Shown piece after piece: positions 1 to 10,216 of a stretch of DNA of 28,962 nucleotides. A program made the translations under genes and the position numbers. Source of the DNA: a virus (Duplodnaviria; Caudoviricetes); the IMG/VR virus record IMGVR_UViG_3300032330_000639, positions 1-28,962 of that record; one strand, 5' to 3'. Below the pieces are notes generated by a model. It saw nothing but the letters and a program-made list of their open reading frames with translations, did not search any database and had not been told where the DNA came from. Numbering within the stretch: the first letter of the stretch is position 1; each line of letters opens with the position of its first letter.

Positions 1-8
1 AACTTACT

Positions 9-36
9 GTAAGGCTAGAGTTTCCCCTAGCCCTAC
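9..36 (-). terminator. Stable hairpin 3' of the major capsid gene (mRNA stabiliser or attenuator)
   Basis: Minus strand reads GTAGGGCTAGGG-GAAA-CTCTAGCCTTAC: 12 bp including 2 G-U pairs, GNRA loop, 10 nt after the capsid stop. No U-tract follows. Confidence 0.6.
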
Positions 37-46
37 CGTCAATCAA

Positions 47-1000
47 CTAAGCGATTGAAGAACCTGATTCGATTCTGTATAGTGCCTCTTCACGGTAGCG
101 TGCAAAGCCAAGTACGCCGTACCAACCCATTGGGCGGTGACGCATTAACTTGTCAACTACTGGTCCGATAACTACGTGTGGCTCTTCTGCTACTGCCTCG
201 GCCAATGCTTGCTGTCCAGCAAGAATTGTACGATAAACACGTACAGATGAAGAACCGTCTGTAGTATTGTACAGACGTGGAGACTCTACGAAGTATGCAC
301 CCTCGTATGTTCCGATTTCTCCTGCCCAGATACGGTCTTGAACAGAGCCGTATTGGTTAGGAAGCAACCATCCTGCTGAACCTGTCTCAGCACGTAGGTC
401 GTGGGATACCTCTGGGTGGATACCAGCCCAGTATAGTGAACCCTTACGAGCAACGGACTTACCAGCACGTAACTTAGCAACAGCCTTACGGATGTTAGCA
501 GAAGATAGTGTTGCAGCAGCAGTTACAGTTGCTGTTGAAGTTGCAGTTGAACCTGAGTAGATTACGTTGGTTCCGCCACGCAATGTTGTCATTGCTACGG
601 AGTCAATAGAATCTGCAAGGTTGAATGCAATAATGTTTGCGATTGCTGGGTCTACATCAGCAAGGCTGAATAGTTCCAACGCACGTGTTACCAACACTGA
701 GTTACCGTACTCGTTAAGAGTAATAGTTACTGAGGTTGGTGTGGACATTGCTACTGCATCTGGGTCAGCATCCTCAGTAAGGGCTGTAGTTGCAGCAGAT
801 AGGTCAACATAACGTTGTAGAACAACTGTTGAACCTGGGATTGCTTGTCTTGCTGGACGCTTATCTGCGACAGAACGAATTAGTGGTTCTGAACGGAGAG
901 CGAATTCAAGAAGACGGTCATACGCCTTCTGTACTAAACCAGCAGAACCAGCGGTTCCTCCTAATGAGGACGAACCTGTTGATACGTAGGCGTTAGCCAT
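47..1000 (-). CDS. Major capsid protein (HK97 fold, N4-gp56-like)
   Basis: 317 aa, directly after the scaffold gene, with a strong SD (GGAGGTGA). Capsid-like motifs 'TLNEYGN', 'IHPEVSHDLR', 'GEIGTYEGAYFVES'. Confidence 0.92.
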   Translation of the reverse strand: MANAYVSTGSSSLGGTAGSAGLVQKAYDRLLEFALRSEPLIRSVADKRPARQAIPGSTVVLQRYVDLSAATTALTEDADPDAVAMSTPTSVTITLNEYGNSVLVTRALELFSLADVDPAIANIIAFNLADSIDSVAMTTLRGGTNVIYSGSTATSTATVTAAATLSSANIRKAVAKLRAGKSVARKGSLYWAGIHPEVSHDLRAETGSAGWLLPNQYGSVQDRIWAGEIGTYEGAYFVESPRLYNTTDGSSSVRVYRTILAGQQALAEAVAEEPHVVIGPVVDKLMRHRPMGWYGVLGFARYREEALYRIESGSSIA

Positions 1001-1030
1001 ATCGTCACCTCCAAGTGACTATGAACGGAA

Positions 1031-1507
1031 TTATTGTGAGCGAAGTACATCTAACAACGCGTCCATTGAATCCGCGTTATCAATGCGAAGATTTAAGTCT
1101 TCTGCTCGGTCTGGGGTCATAGCATTAGACGTTAGAACATCCTGTTGACGCAATGCGGCACGGTCTTGTTCTGACGCTTTAGGTTCTTCCTTAGCAACTG
1201 TTAGTCCAAATAAGTCTGCGTTATCATCGAGCCAGTTATTCACTGACTCCTCGTTAACATCATCCAAATCTTTAAGAACTAATCTAGCCGCTTTGGCGTT
1301 GACACCCTTCTTTTCTAGGACTTCTTTGACTGTACGCTCACGCTGCGCCTTGGATAATCCCTCAAGTTGCTCAGTGAGTTCTTTGATACGCTTCTCATCG
1401 TTACGCTTGGCTTTTCGCAATTTTTTAAGTAAATCGCTTCCATCCATTTGCGTATCAGTGTCGGTATCTTGGTCGTCTTCGTCTTCATCCCAGTAGTTGT
1501 TGCTCAT
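1031..1507 (-). CDS. Capsid scaffolding protein
   Basis: Acidic N-terminus and coiled-coil (LLKKLRKAKR...LEGLSKAQRE), immediately upstream of the capsid gene. Start reassigned to MSNNYW (ATG at 1507), after a purine-rich RBS. Confidence 0.75.
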   Translation of the reverse strand: MSNNYWDEDEDDQDTDTDTQMDGSDLLKKLRKAKRNDEKRIKELTEQLEGLSKAQRERTVKEVLEKKGVNAKAARLVLKDLDDVNEESVNNWLDDNADLFGLTVAKEEPKASEQDRAALRQQDVLTSNAMTPDRAEDLNLRIDNADSMDALLDVLRSQ

Positions 1508-1531
1508 AGCAACCCACCCTTCTATTCGTTG

Positions 1532-1620
1532 TAGTCGCAAGCCTCAGATTCTGGTCGGGGAACCAGCCTGGCTCTTGCTATCGGTCTAGTACACTATGTG
1601 AGGCCGATGGATTCACATAG
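1532..1620 (-). promoter_or_regulatory. Structured 5' leader of the scaffold/capsid genes
   Basis: Hairpin CTATGTGA/TCACATAG. Second domain GCAAG.GCC/GGCTTGC enclosing CTGGT-TCCCCG-ACCAG. Confidence 0.55.
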
Positions 1621-1628
1621 GATTCTAT

Positions 1629-2969
1629 TTAGAACTGACCAGCACCCTTATTGGTAAGTGTGGTCTTTGTTAAGCCAGATTGTCCTTTGAATCTGCCTTC
1701 TTCTTGTGCAGTTAAAGATTCTCTTGCTCTCTTAGCGGAGGCTAATCCAAGGAATGCTTCTTGTTCTGCTTGAAGTCTTGTGTAATCTTCTCCACCAGAA
1801 ATACTTGATAGGAATTCTGCACGAGGTGCAATACCTGCTACGGTTTGGTATCCCTTACGCGCTTCTTCTTGAGTAATACCAAATGAGGCTAGTGCTTCAG
1901 CACCTAATGCTCCTGTAGTTACATTCTCAAATTGCTTAGAAGTTTCAGACATTGAACCAAGTCCAGTCTTAAGACCTTGTACAGCAGCAGCGCCACCTAT
2001 TTCAGCGATATTAACTTTACGCTTTAATGCTGGTAAGCCTTCTGCTGGGTCTAATACTGCAGCAACAATATCTGTTTGATTAAGCATAGGATAATATTCT
2101 GCTAAAGCAGCCTTTGTAAATGGGTCAGCATTTCTTACTCTATCTACCGCTAAACCTACTCGGTCAGATACTTCTGCCGCAGAAACATCATTTGAAATAA
2201 AAGAGTTTATTCTATCTCTAGTAGCAAGACTAGATGCACCATAAGATTGTAATACTTGAGTGTATGTTCTCTCTGCTGCTAAATACTCTGCTGCACTTAA
2301 TACTGATTTACCAGCAGCAAGGCGTGCTTTATTTGCGGGAAATCTAGTTTGAAATGCAACCGCTAATGGGTCTTTGCTATTAGGGTCTTGCATAATTAAT
2401 TGAATAGTATCGCTTGTATAGCCCTTTTGAACTGCTTCAGTTATTGAGGCACTTAAGTCGCCAAGTCCATATGAAGAAAGTAATGCGCTAATTGCTGCAA
2501 TTGCATTTACTGAACCTGCAGTCATTCCAGATGTAGGTGTTGTACCTAAAGTACCTGTACTACCAGTAGAAGAACCACCAATACCATATTGTCCATATTG
2601 AGATGAAACTTTATTAGTTGCATCATTTAATGACATTCCTTGAGATACTAAATTTGTAATCTCTTTTTGTTGAAGAATTTTAGCCATTGCAAATGTATCA
2701 GTAGTTCCATCAGGATTTCTTACTTGTGCTTGTTCGGCAGCAGTTAATTGCGCACTTACTGGAACATCATTGTAATATCCCTGGGCATTGATGCCACCTC
2801 TTGAATTAATGTATTCTTGTGAGACAACACTTAATGCTTCTTTTTCTTTAGCAGCACTACGTGCTGGAGCAGCAGGTGTAACGGCTTGTGTTGTAGGTGA
2901 AATCATACCTGATAAAGGATTATAAGAGTCCCTTACTTTTGCATCATAAGCACTATCTACTGATGGCAT
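1629..2969 (-). CDS. Putative internal virion (ejection) protein
   Basis: 446 aa, Ala/Gly/Ser/Gln-rich, no Cys, lies in the head module between portal and scaffold. Confidence 0.55.
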   Translation of the reverse strand: MPSVDSAYDAKVRDSYNPLSGMISPTTQAVTPAAPARSAAKEKEALSVVSQEYINSRGGINAQGYYNDVPVSAQLTAAEQAQVRNPDGTTDTFAMAKILQQKEITNLVSQGMSLNDATNKVSSQYGQYGIGGSSTGSTGTLGTTPTSGMTAGSVNAIAAISALLSSYGLGDLSASITEAVQKGYTSDTIQLIMQDPNSKDPLAVAFQTRFPANKARLAAGKSVLSAAEYLAAERTYTQVLQSYGASSLATRDRINSFISNDVSAAEVSDRVGLAVDRVRNADPFTKAALAEYYPMLNQTDIVAAVLDPAEGLPALKRKVNIAEIGGAAAVQGLKTGLGSMSETSKQFENVTTGALGAEALASFGITQEEARKGYQTVAGIAPRAEFLSSISGGEDYTRLQAEQEAFLGLASAKRARESLTAQEEGRFKGQSGLTKTTLTNKGAGQF

Positions 2970-3865
2970 TACGCTCCCAATCCAAACATCTTAGTCATAT
3001 CTCTTGCAAGTGAACTTAGTGAATCTTGAGCATTCTTTGTATAAGCCCATTTAGGGTTTTTACGTAGAGAAATCTCATAATCATATAGTCCCATTAAACC
3101 TTTAGGGTCAGATGCTACAGACTTTAAAGTAGATACATCTATTGAATCTGGGTCTTCTTCTAAAATATTAGCACGTGTGTTTATGTAAGGAGTGAGTAAT
3201 TGTTTTACTGTATATCCCTTATCAATCTTATCTGCTAGTGCTGGGAAATATGTTTTTGCTTGCATATTGATTAAATTTAGATTTGACTTAAGGAGTCCAG
3301 GATTAGTGGCTGATTCAATAACCAATTTATTTAATGCCTGCATATTTACTGGTAATCCATTTTCAGCATAAGCATTTTTCAAGGTAGTGTAAGTGATACC
3401 AAAATTACCTCTTTGTAATGCCGCTGCTGCTTTAGGGTCTCCAGCGCCTGCTGCAGTAATTAACTTAGTTGCATTAGAACTTATGTATTTATTCTGAAGT
3501 GCTTTAATTTCAGAAGTAGATACACCTTGTATGTTGATGGTTGTCTTACCATCTTTACTTGCACCACCACTAATTCTTGTGGATTGAAGGGCACGTAATT
3601 CATTATAATAAGCAGCAATAACTTCTTTAGGTGCAGATGTACCAAATTGTTCCATAAAAGCAGCATTAATATCTGCAGTGGCTTCAGGCTTTGTAGTTAC
3701 AGAAACAGATTGCCTAGATAGAGTATCTGGACCAGTATATGTAGAACCTAGTGCTGCGCCACCTGGTTTAACAGCAGCATTATTGTCATCTGGGTCAACA
3801 AGGTTTATTGGAACATCGTCTCCAACAAAGAACCCATCTTGGTCTTTATCTACTGGTTTGGCCAC
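2969..3865 (-). CDS. Putative internal virion protein
   Basis: 298 aa, GTG start, translationally coupled to its neighbours, Cys-free. Confidence 0.5.
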   Translation of the reverse strand: MAKPVDKDQDGFFVGDDVPINLVDPDDNNAAVKPGGAALGSTYTGPDTLSRQSVSVTTKPEATADINAAFMEQFGTSAPKEVIAAYYNELRALQSTRISGGASKDGKTTINIQGVSTSEIKALQNKYISSNATKLITAAGAGDPKAAAALQRGNFGITYTTLKNAYAENGLPVNMQALNKLVIESATNPGLLKSNLNLINMQAKTYFPALADKIDKGYTVKQLLTPYINTRANILEEDPDSIDVSTLKSVASDPKGLMGLYDYEISLRKNPKWAYTKNAQDSLSSLARDMTKMFGLGA

Positions 3866-6800
3866 TTATTCTCCAATCAACGTTTCAAATATATTCCAAT
3901 AAAGCGATTTAGCATTTGGATTATCTCCTGCTAATTGGCGAAGAACATCCTTCAAGTCTGCTCTTATTGCTTTTCTATACCCAACATCGTAATCTGTCTT
4001 TCCAGTAACTCCAGAAAGTTGTTTTACTCCTTCATCATATTGAAGAATCATTGCACCGAATATTTCAGCAAGTTTTTTATCTGGTGCTTTACCGCTATAC
4101 ACAACATCTCGTAAGTCATCTAATGCCTCATTCTTTAAGGCAATATAGGCTCCACTAGGTGCTAACTGAGCCGCTAAAAGCGGATAAGATTCTTTAAAGA
4201 AGTTAGATTCTAATTGCCATTGTTCACGTAGATAACGACGCTTACCAGGGTCTGCTGTTTCAAGAATTGCTGCGTCGTATAAATCCTTGCGTACATTATA
4301 TTCTTGACGAGCAGATGCAGTTGAAGCCTCACGTAAGAAATCTTCAAGGTCTTTGTTCTTTACAAATCCTTGTGACTTAAGGTATGTGTATGCCTCAAGG
4401 TCGCTAGTTCCATTAATTGGAATAAAGAATGATGCAGCCTGTTTATTGTTTTTAACTAAGTCTGGATTATTCTTTACAAACTTTGCAGCCTCATATGATT
4501 TTGCAAAAGATGCTTCTGTCTCAGCAGTTGTTTTAGCAACTGTATAAACTGTTTTACTTGGATATAATGTAGCAAACTGTACAAAAGCCTTCTCAAATGC
4601 TTGGTCTTCATTGGCATAACGCTTAAGAATTCTTGCAAACTCTGAGTCCCAAGTAAAGTATCCTGCATTGATAAGTTCTTTAGGAACATCTTTTGTAGCA
4701 AACAATTGAACTGAAGCAGGTGCTCCCAGTCCAGTTATAAAACGAAGAGCCATAATATTTGTGGCCTGAATTATTGAGTTTGTTGTAAATGGGTTAATAT
4801 CAGCACCAGTTTTTGGACCATTTCCAGTAGATATTAATAGACGCATAGCCTGCACTGAGGCTGAAGCCTTTTGCTCAGTCATTAAATTTTTGTTTCCACC
4901 ATAACCCAAATCAATTAAACGTTGTACGTTGATTGGTGTAATCTTTCTCCACCATTCTTGACTTGAAGAACCACCTGTTATAACAGGCTCTGCAGAGCGA
5001 ATCCAGTTGCCAATGCCAGGAATATTTTGAAGAACTGCTAATGATATTCCAACAAATGGACCACCAAGGCGTGGTGCTGCTGACTCTGGGTCAAGTGAAG
5101 GCGTAAGCATTTTTACTTTTCCACCAAAGTTTGAAGCCATAGGCTGTGCTCCAGGAATTCCAAGTAAGCGGAATACCGTATTGCCTAATACATAGTTAAG
5201 AACATCATCACCTGGATAGGTAAAGTATAATTCACCATTAGCATCTTCGTGTATAAAGCCAGAGTGCTCAAATGTTTGGTTAGTAATAGCAAGTCTTACA
5301 ATTGCTTCTTTTTCATACTTACCAATACGCATAGCACGGCGGTAGAAATCTTCAGTTGCTCTGTAATAACGACCAAAGTTACGAATATTAAATGCAAGAT
5401 TAGTACGAATTTCAGAGTTATCTACATAACCTAATGTTCTTTGACGGGCAAGACTGATGCCAACTTCGTGTGCTTGCTTACGAGCCAGTTTATCAGCAGT
5501 CTCTAAGTCAATTCCAGAATTAACTAAACCATTTTTAATGTTTGACTCATACTTATTTAGTTTTCCACGATAAGAAATATAGTTGCCATAAGTAAGTGGC
5601 TCACGGTCAAGGATAGATATTTGTTTTCCTACCCAAGCGTAACCATTTTTCATAACACGGTCAAAGAATCCAATGTCATCTCCTGCTTGAAGAGGTACAA
5701 GTTCACGTCCTAAAACTGCTTTAGGCATTTGGAAGTCTTGATTATATTTATGAAGTTGTTTAAATTCAAAATTATCTATTCCGCCAGAAGCCTTAATTTC
5801 TTTAATTAGTTTATTATTAAGGCGTCCTGAGTAATCACGCAATGTGCTTGTAGCATCAGCATAGATACGACGAGCAAATTCATATGAACCCTCAGAGTTG
5901 TAGATAGCAAATCTCTTTGCTAACTCATTGCCTTTACCATCAAGGTATTTTGCAACAGCCTCAATTGCATCTTCTTCTTTTTTATATATATTACTAAATA
6001 CAATTTGACCAAATATATTTCTTCTACCAATAGTGTTATGTAAATCTAGGTGCCAGTTTAATAGGAAGTCTGAGCGGTTGTAATCAATCTTTGAAAAAAT
6101 ATTAGCAAATTTTACATCTTTCATAGCACTTGTAACATCAACATTTAATGCCACTGATGGACCATATGAGCGCAAATAGTTAGCAGTTGATTCTGCTATA
6201 TCTTCTTTAAACTCTGCGTTACGAACAGCACCATTGATTTCTTGCATTACTGTATCGCCGCCGTTAGTAACCCAATCCTCGGCATACCCTGCTGCTTTTT
6301 GACCACTTCTGGTTTGAAGAAATGCTGGTTTAAATCTATCTTTAACAAGTGACTTGCTAACTGCCTGTCCAAGTTTTTCTGGGTCACTAGACATAGCAAG
6401 AATTTCTTCTTTGCTATAATTCTTACGAGTAATTTTATAAAGAGTACGAGACATAATTCCAAGAGAACTTACTTCTTTTTCAATTTTTCTAAAAGCACTA
6501 ATCTTGGTTGTTGGCGCAGATGCCAAGCGTATTTCTTGGGACATTGCAAAACCTTTAAAGTAATTTACAATTCCCTGTATCCCATTCATAAGGATATTAG
6601 TACCAACTTCTTCAACAGTGGTACGAACACCAAGGCGTGGATATAGGTTCAAGTATGACCAAATATCTGTAGCCTTTTGGTTATAAACAGATTCTCCAAC
6701 TTTACCAGTTATTGAAGAAAAGACATTTCCACGAAGTTCAAATTTACGTAGGTCTACAAGGTTTGGCATATAGCGATTTTGATTTACTTGATATGCACGA

Positions 6801-9199
6801 ACGCCTCGTTGGGCACCATTTAATTCGGCAGCATTAAATACATCAGCATCTATAGGGTCAAGGTCATCAATGATTGATTTGACATCCTTGCGAGCAATTT
6901 TCATTTTTCCTAGTGTGCCACCAAGAATTCTTAAAGAATTATCAATATCAGAAACAATATCCTTAATTGATGCTGCTTCATCGGTTGATGCTGGAGCCTT
7001 AGCAATAAGTTGTTTCTTAAGAGCCTTAAGTTGATTAACCTGCTCGATAAGGTTCTGCATTTCTGCACCACTTGATGCAAGAATACCACGAGCCTTTTTA
7101 TCTGCGCTAACTTTATCGGTTGCTTCTGCTACAAGTTTACGAACTCCCTCTGGTACTGGAAGATTTTCAGATTTAATAGTTCCAAGGATTCTTGAAAACT
7201 CACCTAAATCAAGTTTACTTTGATTTACCGAGTAAAGTTCTTTTGATGTTTCATCAATTTTTGAAATAAATGCACGACCAGCCGCAGAATGGTCAAGTCC
7301 CATACCATATGCAAGTGTTTTTACAAGTCCTCTGTACATAAGAAGGCGTTGACCTTCATTGGCTGCAATCCAAGCAGCACGGAATGTAGATGCTGTTCCT
7401 CTATCTACAACAGTACGCATAAGTCTATAAACTTGGTCAGCACTTGTAGTATCGCTAAGAGAAATTACACGCTCTCGTGATGGTGCAATAGCAAACTGGC
7501 GCATAAAGCGGTCAATTTTTGCTGCGGTTGAAGAATCTTTAGAAACAAACTTTCCTTCAGTTCTAACACCTTCAACAGTTTTTCCAGTGCCAGCAAATCT
7601 TGCGCCTTGCGCTTCTTTAAATCCAATTTTTTCTGCCCAAATTACTGGGTTTTCATTAGCAAGACGAGCAATATCATCAACAGTTCCTGGTAAAGCAATA
7701 GATTCTAACTTGCCGAATCTACCTATAGTTTTTAATCCTGCATCACGAATTGAATCTTTTATATAACGAGCCTGTGTATAACGTGGAACAAGTGGGTCTC
7801 TGCGTAATCCCGCATTACCCTTACTGATATCATCAATAATATCTCCGCCTCTGAAAAATTCTAAAGCGGTATCGGCATCCTTAATATTTGGAGCCATATA
7901 TCTTGCTACATCTAAATTAATTTCAGGAAAACGAGTTTCAATTTGTGTAAGAACTTGTCCCTTTGTAGCAATATCGCCTTTTTCGTAAGCGACAAATAGT
8001 TTACCTAATGTATTCCAGTAGCGTTGAACTGCTTTATTTTTCCAAGCCTTATCTAAGTTGGCTGGATTCTCACCTAATTTGATTAAACCAAAGCGAGCAA
8101 CGTCTGAGGCTTTTTTAGCCTTAGCAGTTAAAATTAAAGGGTCAAGACCAAAGGTAACGCTAAAGTCAACTATACCAGATACGTAATTAAAAAACTTCTG
8201 GTCAATAGGATTTCCATTTTTAGCACGGTCTGCTTCAAATGGGAATGCTGAAGCGAGTGCACGGGCAACGTCACGTCCTGGACTTATCTTAGCCTGTTCA
8301 TATAGAACTACTGCATTTGCAACTTTTTCCATTGCATCTTTTTCGCCAGCAGTATAACGCTGAATTAAACTAAGCGCATCAGGATTCTTTAAAATATCCT
8401 CATAGTTATCGCTAAAATTCTTTCGACCCGCAAGTAATTTTCCAACATATGCAACATCTGGAGTAAGATTTGATTCAATTCTTGCAACTTCACTAGCATC
8501 AAAAACATTTTCTTTATCAGATGCTTGTTTCCAGAATTTCTGCCAAGTATCAGATGGTGTTATATCTGACACGGTAGCATCTTCTCCACCAGGGGCAAGT
8601 TCACCAGCACCTGTGATTAAAGACTGTCCAAGAACCTTAAATTGCTCAAGTGTGCTATAGCCTTCTTCACTTGCTAAACGAGCCGTTGTATAAGGTTGTT
8701 TAACAAGTTTTTCTTGTGGACGAACTAAAGCCTCAAGTGCTCTACCAGCGCCAGTTGCAACACCAGTTTCTTTATTTACTGAAACAGGTGCACCAGTAGC
8801 AAGAGTTAAAATTGCCTCTGGCAAGTTAGCGCCAGTTGTTGGCGTAACTGGTAAACCAGCAATTTGCATACCAAGTTCTTTAATTGATTGTACAGAATAA
8901 TTTGCAGATGATTTTAGGCTTCTTAAAATATTACCAATAAAACCTTTATCTTCAATTCTATACTTTGGATTAAAGTAAGTTGTAAGTGCTGACTGATATT
9001 CAGGTGTAAGGGATTTAAAGTTTTTGTACGCATCATTTTTAGGAAGAGTCAATAAATATTGATGAGTTTTTTTAAGTTCACCAAAAGCAGCAAGTTGTTG
9101 CTGTTCTTCTTTAGTCAATTGAGCCTGGGCTGCCGCAGTTGCAACGCCTGGAGATAGGTTAGTTGCTACATCGGTTAATGGTTTATTCTTTTCAGCCAT
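3866..9199 (-). CDS. Large internal virion / DNA ejection protein
   Basis: 1777 aa, Cys-free and Ala-rich. Size and context match the large ejected core proteins of podoviruses. No catalytic motif recognised. Confidence 0.6.
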   Translation of the reverse strand: MAEKNKPLTDVATNLSPGVATAAAQAQLTKEEQQQLAAFGELKKTHQYLLTLPKNDAYKNFKSLTPEYQSALTTYFNPKYRIEDKGFIGNILRSLKSSANYSVQSIKELGMQIAGLPVTPTTGANLPEAILTLATGAPVSVNKETGVATGAGRALEALVRPQEKLVKQPYTTARLASEEGYSTLEQFKVLGQSLITGAGELAPGGEDATVSDITPSDTWQKFWKQASDKENVFDASEVARIESNLTPDVAYVGKLLAGRKNFSDNYEDILKNPDALSLIQRYTAGEKDAMEKVANAVVLYEQAKISPGRDVARALASAFPFEADRAKNGNPIDQKFFNYVSGIVDFSVTFGLDPLILTAKAKKASDVARFGLIKLGENPANLDKAWKNKAVQRYWNTLGKLFVAYEKGDIATKGQVLTQIETRFPEINLDVARYMAPNIKDADTALEFFRGGDIIDDISKGNAGLRRDPLVPRYTQARYIKDSIRDAGLKTIGRFGKLESIALPGTVDDIARLANENPVIWAEKIGFKEAQGARFAGTGKTVEGVRTEGKFVSKDSSTAAKIDRFMRQFAIAPSRERVISLSDTTSADQVYRLMRTVVDRGTASTFRAAWIAANEGQRLLMYRGLVKTLAYGMGLDHSAAGRAFISKIDETSKELYSVNQSKLDLGEFSRILGTIKSENLPVPEGVRKLVAEATDKVSADKKARGILASSGAEMQNLIEQVNQLKALKKQLIAKAPASTDEAASIKDIVSDIDNSLRILGGTLGKMKIARKDVKSIIDDLDPIDADVFNAAELNGAQRGVRAYQVNQNRYMPNLVDLRKFELRGNVFSSITGKVGESVYNQKATDIWSYLNLYPRLGVRTTVEEVGTNILMNGIQGIVNYFKGFAMSQEIRLASAPTTKISAFRKIEKEVSSLGIMSRTLYKITRKNYSKEEILAMSSDPEKLGQAVSKSLVKDRFKPAFLQTRSGQKAAGYAEDWVTNGGDTVMQEINGAVRNAEFKEDIAESTANYLRSYGPSVALNVDVTSAMKDVKFANIFSKIDYNRSDFLLNWHLDLHNTIGRRNIFGQIVFSNIYKKEEDAIEAVAKYLDGKGNELAKRFAIYNSEGSYEFARRIYADATSTLRDYSGRLNNKLIKEIKASGGIDNFEFKQLHKYNQDFQMPKAVLGRELVPLQAGDDIGFFDRVMKNGYAWVGKQISILDREPLTYGNYISYRGKLNKYESNIKNGLVNSGIDLETADKLARKQAHEVGISLARQRTLGYVDNSEIRTNLAFNIRNFGRYYRATEDFYRRAMRIGKYEKEAIVRLAITNQTFEHSGFIHEDANGELYFTYPGDDVLNYVLGNTVFRLLGIPGAQPMASNFGGKVKMLTPSLDPESAAPRLGGPFVGISLAVLQNIPGIGNWIRSAEPVITGGSSSQEWWRKITPINVQRLIDLGYGGNKNLMTEQKASASVQAMRLLISTGNGPKTGADINPFTTNSIIQATNIMALRFITGLGAPASVQLFATKDVPKELINAGYFTWDSEFARILKRYANEDQAFEKAFVQFATLYPSKTVYTVAKTTAETEASFAKSYEAAKFVKNNPDLVKNNKQAASFFIPINGTSDLEAYTYLKSQGFVKNKDLEDFLREASTASARQEYNVRKDLYDAAILETADPGKRRYLREQWQLESNFFKESYPLLAAQLAPSGAYIALKNEALDDLRDVVYSGKAPDKKLAEIFGAMILQYDEGVKQLSGVTGKTDYDVGYRKAIRADLKDVLRQLAGDNPNAKSLYWNIFETLIGE

Positions 9200-9627
9200 T
9201 AAAGACCTCTGGAAATTACATAATCGTAAAGTTCTCTTACATCTCCAGTTGGGTCGACATCAATCATTGAGGCAAGAATTTCAGATAGAGAACGTTGTCT
9301 AGGTAGGTTAAGCGCTTCACTTCCTGGACCTGCGCCAAAATCCATACCAGCAGTTAAAGGTTCATTTGGTCGCTCAGTAGGTGCAGTTAAGGGAGTTACA
9401 GATGGCATCATTTCGCCAAATGGACTAACAGGCGCTGTTGGATTTGGTCCAGCCATAGGTGCTGCCATTTGTTGGTTCATAGTTGTTTGTCCTTGACCAT
9501 ATGGAAGTCCAGGAATATATTTGGCTGCTTGTCTACCAGATTGTCCTGCTCCACCTGTAGCAGAAACATTTGCTGGATTATTCTGTGGCGCTGTTGGGCG
9601 CATTCCTCCACGATTCTCAGCCATCAT
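9199..9627 (-). CDS. Pro/Gly/Met-rich hypothetical virion protein
   Basis: 142 aa low-complexity ORF with SD AGGAGG. Contains 'PTERPNEPLTAG'. Confidence 0.6.
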   Translation of the reverse strand: MMAENRGGMRPTAPQNNPANVSATGGAGQSGRQAAKYIPGLPYGQGQTTMNQQMAAPMAGPNPTAPVSPFGEMMPSVTPLTAPTERPNEPLTAGMDFGAGPGSEALNLPRQRSLSEILASMIDVDPTGDVRELYDYVISRGL

Positions 9628-9632
9628 TCCTC

Positions 9633-10202
9633 CTACTTAGTAAATTGTGTTTTTGTATGTACTGGTCCACCGCACCAAACATTATATTGAATTGCTACGT
9701 TTATTGCTTTCTTTGCAGCACCAGATGCTTTGGCGTGTGTTTTTGTTTCTATTTCCATTATTGATAATGCGCCAAGGGCTAATCCCCCACCTGCGCCTAT
9801 TCCGTATAAACCTTTATCATCTCTCATATATCCATAGTCATCACTAACTTGATATAACTTTCCATTAAAACAAACTAAAGCATCCCATCCTGAATCATCA
9901 TCATTTTTGTTCTTTGGTGCTGGGTCATATCCTGCTTCAGTTAATGCTTGTTTAATAGATGGTAATACTCTAATCATCATAAATCTATCTGGGTCTTGCG
10001 TTTTAATTACTTTAGGTGGTTGCCATAAGTTATTAAGAATATCTCCTGCTATAGCATCACCTGCTACTGCAACTAAATACTCACCAACTTTAACTATCTT
10101 GTCACAGCCTTTGGCTACATATGGTTTATCCATATATGTAGTCATTGAGTCTGCTGCTAAGACAGCCCAACCTTTACCTTGAATACCAACGATTGCAGTC
10201 AT
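9633..10202 (-). CDS. HslV / proteasome beta-like Ntn hydrolase
   Basis: Thr at residue 2 (MTAIVG), 'LAADS', conserved Lys in 'DKIVK', 'VAGD', and 'GIGAGGGLALGAL' at the GSG motif position. Confidence 0.8.
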   Translation of the reverse strand: MTAIVGIQGKGWAVLAADSMTTYMDKPYVAKGCDKIVKVGEYLVAVAGDAIAGDILNNLWQPPKVIKTQDPDRFMMIRVLPSIKQALTEAGYDPAPKNKNDDDSGWDALVCFNGKLYQVSDDYGYMRDDKGLYGIGAGGGLALGALSIMEIETKTHAKASGAAKKAINVAIQYNVWCGGPVHTKTQFTK

Positions 10203-10216
10203 AGTCCCCTACTTAG

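Noticed and set aside
3866-9199. Virion RNA polymerase or tape measure protein
   Set aside because: No DxDGD or T7-type polymerase motif was seen, there are no tape-measure repeats, and there is no adjacent tail tube or chaperone gene.
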